A stretch of DNA of 35,189 bases from an uncultured Enterobacteriaceae bacterium (GCA_964420785.1 CAYQVE010000002.1:1-35189); one strand, 5' to 3'. Positions 24,878-32,042 are shown, counted from the stretch's first letter. Notes: generated by a model from the letters alone, not told the origin. Program-made: numbers and translations.

Positions 24878-27769
24878 ATGCCCCGTCTGGAAGCCCTGGC
24901 GGTCCTCGCCGACGAGGTCGGCGAGGTCGCGGACCGGATGTCGGCCGCCCTCGCCGACCTGAACGACTCCTCCAACGACGAGCGTTTGCGCGAAGCGCTC
25001 GATTTCTTCGCCGAGCAGAACGGGAGGATAGTCACCGTCACCGAGATGCTCAACCTGACGGGCTTGCGTCGGCTGTGCGCCCGAATACAGGAGAACGTCG
25101 CGCTGCTGCAGGCCGCCGGCGTCCCCCCGCGCGAGCCGCTCGCCGTGTTCCTGCGGGGTCCCAACCTGATCGTGGAGTATCTGCGCGCGCCCAAGGACCC
25201 CGCAAGCTGCGCGGCGCTCACGCAGTACCTGAGCAATCCCCTCTGGCCGCAGCCCGCCCGAGCAGCTGAAGCGGCAGAGATCCAGGCCCTGCTCGCCGAC
25301 ATCGACGAGTCGGCCTCGGAAGCCGAGCTCATGCCCGAGCGGCCCGCCGAGGCCAGCCCCGAAGACGTCGCGCTCGATGTCGCACCGGACGTGAACCCCG
25401 AGCTCCTGGAAGCATTTCTCGCCGAGGCGCCGCTGCAGGCCGGCGCATATACGAGCCTGGTGGAGCAGGTGACTTCGGGCGGCGGCGCGCCCGGCGAAAT
25501 GCTCAACGAGGCGCGGCGCATCGTCCATACGATCAAGGGCGCGGCCAACACGGTCGGCGTGCGCGGCGTGGTCACGCTGACCCATCATCTCGAAGATCTG
25601 CTCGAATATCTCGCCGAAAGCGCGCTCAGGCCGCAAGGCAGGCTCGCCAAACTCCTCATGGACGCGGCCGACTGTCTGGAGATGATGCTGGAGTCGCTCA
25701 TCGGCGCCGAAGTTCCACCCCAGCAAGCGCACTCGGTGGTGCAGCGCCTCCTCGACGCAGCCAACGCCATCGATCGCGGCGAGGATCCGGGGGCGGCAGT
25801 GGCGGAGAAACCCGATTCCGGGATCACGCCCTCGCCTGCCGGGAAAGGCGCAAAGCCCGAAGCGACGGCGCCCAAGGCGGAGCCCGCGCCCAAGGTGGAG
25901 TCCAGACCCGAAGCCCCTCCATCCAAGGAACCGGCGGCGAAAATTCGCGTCGCCGGGGCGACCATAGACGAGATGCTGCGCCTGTCGGGAGAAATGACCA
26001 TTGGCCGGGCGCACGTCCAGGAGCGCCTGCACCAGGCCACCGGTCTGGCAGCCGAGATGAGCGAGCGCCACGGCCTGCTGCAAAAGCGCGCGAGCGAGAT
26101 CGATCACATCATCACCGTGCGCGGCGTCGCCGCAGGCGAGAAGCTGGGCGCCGTCGCCCAGGCGGCCGGCACCTCGGTGTTCGACGCGCTCGAGCTCGAC
26201 CAGTACAGCGAGCTGCACGGCGCGGTGCACGGTTTCCTCGAGACCATCGCCGACTTGCAGACGCTGGAGTCGCGGCTGCTCGACACCCTGTCGGGGATCG
26301 AAACCTCTATCACCCAGGAAGGGCTCATCAACAACGAGCTGCACGAGCACGCCATGCGCGCCCGCATGGTGCCCGCCGCCAGCATCGAGCCGCGGCTCGC
26401 GCGCACCGTACGCCAGGTGTGCGAGGCCACGGGGAAAGCCGCGCGCTTCGAGCTCCGCGGCGGCGACGTGATGCTCGACGATCACGTGATCAACGACATT
26501 ATCAGTCCGCTTTCGCACCTGTTGCGCAACGCCGTTGACCATGGGATCGAGGAGCAGAAAGTGCGCGCGACGCTCGGCAAACCCGAAGCAGGCGCGATCG
26601 TGCTTTCATTCTCGCGCGAGGGCAATCATCTCGTGATCCGCTGCGAGGACGACGGCGCCGGCCTCGATTTGCGGCGCATCCACACCTCCGCCGTCGAACG
26701 CGGGATCGTGCGCGGTGATGTGAGCTTGAGCGAGTCCGAGATCGCGCAGATTATTCTTGTTCCAGGCTTCAGCACGCGCTCGACCGCCTCGGAAGTGTCC
26801 GGGCGCGGCGTCGGCATGGACGTGGTGAACGTGGCGGTGAGCAAGCTCAAGGGCACGATCGACATTTCCACCGTCCCCGGCAAAGGCTGCCGCTTCACCC
26901 TGCGGCTGCCGCTCACGCTGGGCACGGCGCACTGCCTGGTGGTGCGCGCGGGCGGCGAGATTGCCGCGATTCCGACCGACATCCTCGACCGTGCCGTTTA
27001 CCAGGGCGCGCTGAACGTCGTGCGCCTTGGCGAGCAGTATGTCTACCGCGAGGAGAACGAAAGTCTCGAGGCGCGGGACCTCGCCCATCTGCTCGGTTCC
27101 GCGGGCGAGCGCTCGCTCGGCGACGCGGAGGACAACCGCCCGGTCATCGTGGTGAACGACACCAGAGGCAAGAAGGCGGTGGTGGTGGACGCGCTGCTTT
27201 CCGGGCGCGACCTCGTGGTCAAGAGCCTTGGCCAGTACCTGGCGAGCGCCAAAGACGTCATCGGCGCCGCGGTGCTCGGCGACGGGCGCGTGCTGCCGGT
27301 GCTCGACCTGCAGGCGCTGCTGCGCGCTCAGCATGGCACCACGGCTGTCGCGCGGCCCTACCTCGTGCACAGCAGCCCTGCGGCGCGCGAGGCGCGGACC
27401 GTCGACATCCTGGTGGTGGACGATTCCCTCAGCGTGCGCCAGGCCTTGACCCTGCTCTTGAACGGCGAAGGCTATTCGGTGCACACCGCGAAGGACGGCG
27501 TCGAAGCGCTCGAACAGGTCGCCAAGAACCGGCCGGCGGCCGTGGTGGCCGATCTCGAGATGCCGCGCATGAACGGGCTCGAGCTCACCTCGCGGCTGCG
27601 CGCCGATCCGCGCACGCGCGGATTGCCGGTGATCATGGTCACCTCGCGCTCCAGCGACAAGCACCGCCAGCAGGCGCAGCTCGCGGGCGTTGATGTCTAC
27701 CTCACCAAGCCGTACCGCGACGCCGAGCTCCTGTCGAAACTGCAAGCCATGCTGAGCAAGGCGGCATAA
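24878..27769 (+). CDS. CheA-like hybrid histidine kinase (ChpA/PilL-like): His-free N-domain, one Hpt, dimerisation, HATPase, CheW-like P5, C-terminal REC
   Basis: ATG 24878 lies 4 nt after the MCP stop. Hpt motif RRIVHTIKGAANTVG (His codon 25526-25528). LLRNAVDHGIE, DDGAGLD and GRGVGMDVV boxes. P5 region (AHCLVVRAGGEIAAIPTD…VVVDALLSGRDLVVK…VLPVLDLQAL). REC (ILVVDDSLSVR…VVADLEMPRMNG…VYLTKP). Confidence 0.93.
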   Translation: MPRLEALAVLADEVGEVADRMSAALADLNDSSNDERLREALDFFAEQNGRIVTVTEMLNLTGLRRLCARIQENVALLQAAGVPPREPLAVFLRGPNLIVEYLRAPKDPASCAALTQYLSNPLWPQPARAAEAAEIQALLADIDESASEAELMPERPAEASPEDVALDVAPDVNPELLEAFLAEAPLQAGAYTSLVEQVTSGGGAPGEMLNEARRIVHTIKGAANTVGVRGVVTLTHHLEDLLEYLAESALRPQGRLAKLLMDAADCLEMMLESLIGAEVPPQQAHSVVQRLLDAANAIDRGEDPGAAVAEKPDSGITPSPAGKGAKPEATAPKAEPAPKVESRPEAPPSKEPAAKIRVAGATIDEMLRLSGEMTIGRAHVQERLHQATGLAAEMSERHGLLQKRASEIDHIITVRGVAAGEKLGAVAQAAGTSVFDALELDQYSELHGAVHGFLETIADLQTLESRLLDTLSGIETSITQEGLINNELHEHAMRARMVPAASIEPRLARTVRQVCEATGKAARFELRGGDVMLDDHVINDIISPLSHLLRNAVDHGIEEQKVRATLGKPEAGAIVLSFSREGNHLVIRCEDDGAGLDLRRIHTSAVERGIVRGDVSLSESEIAQIILVPGFSTRSTASEVSGRGVGMDVVNVAVSKLKGTIDISTVPGKGCRFTLRLPLTLGTAHCLVVRAGGEIAAIPTDILDRAVYQGALNVVRLGEQYVYREENESLEARDLAHLLGSAGERSLGDAEDNRPVIVVNDTRGKKAVVVDALLSGRDLVVKSLGQYLASAKDVIGAAVLGDGRVLPVLDLQALLRAQHGTTAVARPYLVHSSPAAREARTVDILVVDDSLSVRQALTLLLNGEGYSVHTAKDGVEALEQVAKNRPAAVVADLEMPRMNGLELTSRLRADPRTRGLPVIMVTSRSSDKHRQQAQLAGVDVYLTKPYRDAELLSKLQAMLSKAA

Positions 27770-28270
27770 ATGTCAGCGGTGCTCAAATCCGATCCCGCCT
27801 CCGTCGCGGCCCCAGTCGAAGGCTGGCTGGTGCTGGCGATGGAGGAACTGCGGCTGGCGCTGCCGCAGAGCGAAGCGCTCCAGATCGAGCTTGCTTTCGA
27901 CCTCGAGCATGTGGACGACGGAGGGCCGGAGATCGGCCAGCTCTCGCGCCGCAACGGCAAGCCCTGGCCCGCCTACTGCCTGGATTGGGCGCTTCGCGTG
28001 CGGAGCTCGACTCCGGCGGAGCGCCGCCTGTGCGTCTTTTTCGGCACGCAGGACGACGCACGCGGCATCTTGTGCGACCGGGTGTGGCCTCTTGCCGCGG
28101 ACGCGGATCTCCGCCCGGAGCCGCCGCGGAGATGCATGAGCGGCCCGCGTTCGCCGACGATCGGTTTGGCGAGATTCCAAGACGGCGTTGCGGTCGTAAC
28201 GAGTGCCGCCGAGCTGAAGGCTTATCTCGATTTTCTCGCGGAGGAAGATCATGGCAGGCGCCGCGACTAG
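27770..28270 (+). CDS. Divergent/degenerate CheW-like protein (ChpC-like position)
   Basis: ATG 27770 directly abuts the ChpA-like stop (TAAATG). GC3-rich codons in this frame. The 166-aa protein has a CheW-like spacing of hydrophobic strands (GWLVLAMEELRLALPQSEALQIE…, RLCVFFGTQDDARGILCDRVWPL, GLARFQDGVAVVTSAAELKAYL) but lacks the N(L/V)RG motif. Confidence 0.6.
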   Translation: MSAVLKSDPASVAAPVEGWLVLAMEELRLALPQSEALQIELAFDLEHVDDGGPEIGQLSRRNGKPWPAYCLDWALRVRSSTPAERRLCVFFGTQDDARGILCDRVWPLAADADLRPEPPRRCMSGPRSPTIGLARFQDGVAVVTSAAELKAYLDFLAEEDHGRRRD

Positions 28271-29504
28271 GGGCTGGGTCATGGATGTCGGCGCGGGTTG
28301 GCGCGTGGCGGTCGGCGCCCATCGGGTCGTCGAGTATCTGCTGTCGCCGCCCACTCACAGCCTGCCGCGCATGCCGGCGCATTGCCTGGGCGTCCTCATC
28401 TGGCAGGAACGGATGATACCGCTGCTCGATCTCGCCCCGGTTCTATCGGAGCGAGCTCGAGCGCAGGAGCACGGCGTGCGCCGCGCAGTGGTCCTCGCCT
28501 ACCAGGAAATGCCCGGGCAAGCCTTGCGCTACGGAGCCTTGGTGGTGCGCGCGGCGCCGGTCGAGGTCTGGGCGAGCGACGACATGGCTTGCCCGTTGCC
28601 CGAAGATCCCCCGGCGCTCAAGCATTTCAGCTGCTCCTGTTTCCTGCATCAAGAAAAAGCGATACCCATCCTGGATACGACGCGGCTCTTCGCGACGGCG
28701 CTGACTTTGGCCCCGGGGCAACGCAAGGATGAAGCTGAAGCGAACACCATCGTGGAGGCAAGCCCTCCGCCGAGGCGCTCCGCGGACTTTGAGAATACGC
28801 AACCGCTGGAGGTCGCAGCCGCGGCGCCCCTTTCTCCCGCACCACAACCGGAAACCTTCGCGGAGCCCGCCCAGTCTGCAGTCGAAGCCCCGCAGGTTTC
28901 GGCGACGCCTGCCGAGGCGAGCGTCGACCGGCGGCCGAGCGTTGAACCGCTGCCGGCGGTTTCCGCGGAAGACGTTCCTGCCGCGGAAACGCAAGACCGG
29001 AATCAAAATGCCGATCTTCCTCGCGACATCGGCCGCAAACTGTCCGCCGCGACTCGATCCTGGCTCCTCGGCGCGGCGCTCGCGGTCACACTGCTCGCCA
29101 CAGCATTGCACCCATTTTCGCCGGGTTCCCTCCGTGACGTGTCGGAACCCGCTGCTTGGACGCCGTCCGCAACAGGTCCCGCGAGCGACGCCGCGCCCCA
29201 GCGAGTCGTCGCGATCGAGTCCGAGGAGCTGACCCTGACGGTCGAACGCCTCTCCGGAGGCGACGCGCGACCGGCCTTCGCGAAACCCGCTGCGCCCGCG
29301 AGCGGCGCGCCGCCGAGACCCGTGAATCCCGACACTCGCACGCACGTCGTGGTGCGCGGCGACACGCTGTGGGACATCGCGAAGAAATATGTCGGTGATC
29401 CTTTCCGTTATCCGGAGCTGCGGGAGCTCAGCAATATCCGGAACCCCGATCTGATCCATCCGGGCGACATCGTTCGCATCGAGATTCGAGAGAATCGCAA
29501 GTAA
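28251..29504 (+). CDS. CheW-like domain / acidic Pro-Ala linker / single TM / C-terminal LysM domain fusion protein
   Basis: ATG 28251 lies 5 nt after GGAGGA and overlaps the previous gene by 20 nt. Res ~15-150 are CheW-like (VVEYLLSPPTHSLPRMPAHCLGVLIWQERMIPLLDLAPVL…YGALVVRAAPVEV…AIPILDTTRLF). Res ~150-260 are a low-complexity P/A/E linker. The TM is WLLGAALAVTLLATAL (nt ~29058-29114), with R/K on its N side. The LysM is HVVVRGDTLWDIAKKYVGDPFRYPELRELSNIRNPDLIHPGDIVRI (nt ~29343-29480). Confidence 0.85.
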   Translation: MAGAATRGWVMDVGAGWRVAVGAHRVVEYLLSPPTHSLPRMPAHCLGVLIWQERMIPLLDLAPVLSERARAQEHGVRRAVVLAYQEMPGQALRYGALVVRAAPVEVWASDDMACPLPEDPPALKHFSCSCFLHQEKAIPILDTTRLFATALTLAPGQRKDEAEANTIVEASPPPRRSADFENTQPLEVAAAAPLSPAPQPETFAEPAQSAVEAPQVSATPAEASVDRRPSVEPLPAVSAEDVPAAETQDRNQNADLPRDIGRKLSAATRSWLLGAALAVTLLATALHPFSPGSLRDVSEPAAWTPSATGPASDAAPQRVVAIESEELTLTVERLSGGDARPAFAKPAAPASGAPPRPVNPDTRTHVVVRGDTLWDIAKKYVGDPFRYPELRELSNIRNPDLIHPGDIVRIEIRENRK

Positions 29505-29528
29505 ACACAACCCAACTAAGGAGCCTTC

Positions 29529-29894
29529 ATGCCAATCAAGAAAATCCTGATCGTCGACGATTCACCGACCGACCGCCAATTCCTGCTTGAGAAGCTCTCC
29601 AAGCACGGCTACCAGTGCGTGACCGCCGAGAGCGGAGCCGAGGCGATCGCCAAGTCGAAGAGCGAGCAGCCGGACCTCATTCTAATGGACGTCGTCATGC
29701 CCGGCACGAACGGGTACGAGGCGACGCGCGCCATCGCCCGCGACGACTCGACCCGGCACATCCCGGTGATCATCTGCACCGGAAGAAAGCAGGAGACCGA
29801 CCGCCTCTGGGGCCTGCGCCAGGGCGCGATCGACTATCTGATGAAGCCGATCGACCACCACGTGCTCCTGGAGAAAATCGCGGCCTTGGCATGA
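29529..29894 (+). CDS. PilH/PixH-like single-domain response regulator (third copy, diverged)
   Basis: ATG 29529 lies 5 nt after AAGGAG. The 121-aa protein reads [19 protein letters not shown]…[13 protein letters not shown]…[25 protein letters not shown]. Confidence 0.92.
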   Translation: MPIKKILIVDDSPTDRQFLLEKLSKHGYQCVTAESGAEAIAKSKSEQPDLILMDVVMPGTNGYEATRAIARDDSTRHIPVIICTGRKQETDRLWGLRQGAIDYLMKPIDHHVLLEKIAALA

Positions 29895-30277
29895 CGCCCG
29901 AACCTGTCATCAACTACACGATCCGCCTGGACGGCGATCTGTTGCGGGCCCACATATGGGGCAGAGAAACCGACAATCCTCCGTCTCACATTTGCAGGGC
30001 GATCCTCCAAGAATGCCGTCGAAACGGGCTGAAGCGCATCCTGGTCGAGCTAACTCAGAGGCGGCCGCTCTCCGACGCGAGCCAGTACCTTCTGGTGGAA
30101 AGGCTGCCCGCCCTCGGGCTCACGCACGAGCACCGGATCGCTCTCGTCCATCACACGCCCGGACTCTACAAGGCGAACGACATGATCGATCTCGTCGCCG
30201 AGAATCGCGGCATCAACGTGCGCAACTTTCCCGACGTGCGCTCGGCGACCGAGTGGCTGCAGTCGCCCGCTCCCTAG
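29891..30277 (+). CDS. Hypothetical protein, possible STAS/SpoIIAA-like fold, translationally coupled to the third CheY
   Basis: ATG 29891 overlaps the CheY stop (ATGA). The 128-aa globular-looking translation (YTIRLDGDLLRAHIWGRE…LKRILVELTQRRPLS…HRIALVHHT…VRNFPDVRSATEWL) follows the pattern of SpoIIAA-like/DUF-type STAS proteins as I recall them. The fold assignment is unverified. Confidence 0.65.
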   Translation: MTPEPVINYTIRLDGDLLRAHIWGRETDNPPSHICRAILQECRRNGLKRILVELTQRRPLSDASQYLLVERLPALGLTHEHRIALVHHTPGLYKANDMIDLVAENRGINVRNFPDVRSATEWLQSPAP

Positions 30278-30431
30278 CCCCGGCGGAGATCCTCCAATGA
30301 TTCGTCGCATGCTGCTCGCGGTCAGGAATCGGCGGCAGTTCCGCATGAGCTGGCACGCCGCCTGGATCTTTGCCGGCGGGCGATGAGCTCGGATCGGTGA
30401 GGTCGCGGGGTCAGGCCGTGCGGCGCGGGGC

Positions 30432-30460
30432 TTGACGTTCCCGCGGGCCGGGCCGAGGAT
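30432..30460 (+). promoter_or_regulatory. Weak sigma70-like promoter candidate (TTGACG-17 nt-GAGGAT) upstream of the formamidase-family gene
   Basis: TTGACG at 30432-30437 and GAGGAT at 30455-30460, in the 215-nt spacer 30278-30492. The -10 matches only 3 of 6 positions. Confidence 0.2.
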
Positions 30461-30492
30461 ACGCCCTCGAACAAACCACAGAGGGGATCCCC

Positions 30493-31575
30493 ATGCGGCA
30501 CCGCCGTTCCACGATGCATGCGATGTTCATCGCCGCTTTCGCGCTCTCGGCCAGCGGCACGGTTCTGGCGCAGCAGAAAGGCGGCAAGCACCACACGCTC
30601 GCCGCGACGCTCGATACGGTGCAGTGGGGCTGGCTCGATCCGAACGAGCCGCCCAAGCTCAGAGTGAATTCCGGCGATACGGTCTCCATCGAGACCATGA
30701 TGCACGCGCACGACAAGGTCAAGCCCGGCGCCACGATGGACGACATCGTCGCGCTGCGCAAGGCCAACCCCGGCGGCGGGCCGCATTCGATGACCGGGCC
30801 CATCTACGTCGAGGGCGCCGAGCCCGGCGATGTGCTCGAAGTGCGCATCCTCAAAATCGTGCCCAAGCCTTTCGGAGTCAACTTCAATCTCCCGGGCAAG
30901 GATTTCCCGACGATCGGCGCGCTCGCTCCGGAGATGCCCGACGGCTTCGTGCGCTTCATGACGCTCGACCTGAAAACACGCACCGCCGAGTTCAAGCCCG
31001 GGATCACCATCGACCTGAAACCCTTTCCGGGCACGCTCGCGGTCGGCATCGACCCCGCCGATCCCTCGCCCCGCAAGGGCGGCGTGAAGGACAACCCGAT
31101 GGCGCCGGTGTCGACTCTGCGCCCGTGGAAGAACGGCTCGAACATGGACATCAACGAGCTGCAGGCCGGCTCGACCGTCTTCTTCCCGGTATTCCTGAAA
31201 GGCGGGCTCATCTGGACGGGCGACTCGCACTGCCGCCAGGGGAACGGCGAGGTGAACCTTACCGCGCTCGAGTGCTCCTTCAAGGAAATCAGGATTCAGC
31301 CGATCGTTCGCAAGGACATGAAGCTCGAGTGGCCGCGCATCGAGACGCGGACCCATTGGATCTCGGTCGGATTCGACGAAGACCTCAACAAGGCGATGGT
31401 GAACGCGGTGCGCGAGGCGGTGGATTTCCTCGCGGCGCAGAAAACGGTGCCGCTCACACGCTACGAGGCCTACTCGATCGTCTCGATGGTGGGCGACTGC
31501 CGCGTGTCGCAGATCGTGGACGTGCGCAAGGGCGTGCACTGCATGATCCCGAAGTCGGTGTTCACGAAGAAGTGA
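30493..31575 (+). CDS. Acetamidase/formamidase family protein with an N-terminal signal peptide
   Basis: ATG 30493 follows AGAGGGGA. MRHRRSTMHAMFIAAFALSASGTVLAQQ signal-like leader. FmdA/AmdA-type core (…SGDTVSIETMMH…GPHSMTGPIYVEGAEPGDVLEVRI…NMDINELQAGSTVFFPV…GDSHCRQGNGEV…). Confidence 0.85.
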   Translation: MRHRRSTMHAMFIAAFALSASGTVLAQQKGGKHHTLAATLDTVQWGWLDPNEPPKLRVNSGDTVSIETMMHAHDKVKPGATMDDIVALRKANPGGGPHSMTGPIYVEGAEPGDVLEVRILKIVPKPFGVNFNLPGKDFPTIGALAPEMPDGFVRFMTLDLKTRTAEFKPGITIDLKPFPGTLAVGIDPADPSPRKGGVKDNPMAPVSTLRPWKNGSNMDINELQAGSTVFFPVFLKGGLIWTGDSHCRQGNGEVNLTALECSFKEIRIQPIVRKDMKLEWPRIETRTHWISVGFDEDLNKAMVNAVREAVDFLAAQKTVPLTRYEAYSIVSMVGDCRVSQIVDVRKGVHCMIPKSVFTKK

Positions 31576-31600
31576 GTTAAAAGAGGTTGCGCCGCTTCGC

Positions 31601-31978
31601 CTAGCTGGAACGCTTGAGGCTCAATGCGCCCGGGCCGAGCGCCCAGAGCACGAGAAGCCCGCCCGTGATGGCGACGTTCTTCATGAAATGAGCCATCGCT
31701 TCCTGTCCGGCCGCCGGGTTGTGAAACACCAGGGTGACGGGAATCATCCACAACACTAGCGCCGCCGCGGCCCAACGGGTATTCCACCCGGCGATGATCG
31801 CGAGCGCCGCCACAACCTCGAGGATGGCGGAGACGATGAGCAGCGTTTCGGGAAACGGCAGGCCGGCCTTGGTCATGTAGCCCAGGGTCGGGGCGTAATG
31901 CACGAACTTGTCGATTCCCGACAGCAGGAAGATCAGCGCGAGGAGTATGCGGCCGGCGAGCGCGGCGAGGCTGTTCAT
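31601..31978 (-). CDS. DoxX family membrane protein
   Basis: ATG at 31978 gives the 125-aa MNSLAALAGRILLALIFLLSGIDKF…, four TM helices in the typical DoxX pattern. The upstream part of the 194-aa ORF is non-coding-like. Confidence 0.8.
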   Translation of the reverse strand: MNSLAALAGRILLALIFLLSGIDKFVHYAPTLGYMTKAGLPFPETLLIVSAILEVVAALAIIAGWNTRWAAAALVLWMIPVTLVFHNPAAGQEAMAHFMKNVAITGGLLVLWALGPGALSLKRSS

Positions 31979-32015
31979 GGGTGGGCTCCGTGGAGTGTGA
32001 GCGGGAATTGAAGCA

Positions 32016-32021
32016 TACAAT
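32016..32021 (+). promoter_or_regulatory. Candidate -10 element TACAAT for the aldolase/Ldh_2/Bug operon
   Basis: TACAAT lies 21 nt upstream of ATG 32043 in the 64-nt divergent spacer 31979-32042. No clear -35. Confidence 0.3.
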
Positions 32022-32042
32022 AGCCGTCCCCGGGAGTAACCC

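Noticed and set aside
23698-26542. Two long minus-strand ORFs (23698-25575, 625 aa; 24797-26542, 581 aa) opposite the MCP and ChpA-like genes
   Set aside because: Antisense to well-supported genes, with low-complexity Arg/Ala/Gly-rich translations, no motifs and no SD-linked starts. GC-rich artefacts.
30298-30387. 29-codon ORF in the 215-nt spacer as a possible leader peptide or small protein
   Set aside because: It is too short and compositionally unremarkable to call. There is no hydrophobic or regulatory-codon pattern, and conservation cannot be assessed here. I kept it only as a note within the spacer finding.
30322-31539. 405-aa minus-strand ORF opposite the formamidase-family gene
   Set aside because: Antisense to a gene with clear FmdA/AmdA motifs. 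The translation is His/Arg/Asp-rich with no motif.
31979-32042. Possible CRP/FNR-type site (TGTGA…) in the DoxX/aldolase divergent spacer, and NarL heptamers in 17883-18066
   Set aside because: Only one half-site (TGTGA at about 31996-32000) is present without the matching TCACA. The heptamer matches were 6 of 7 at best. This is insufficient to call.
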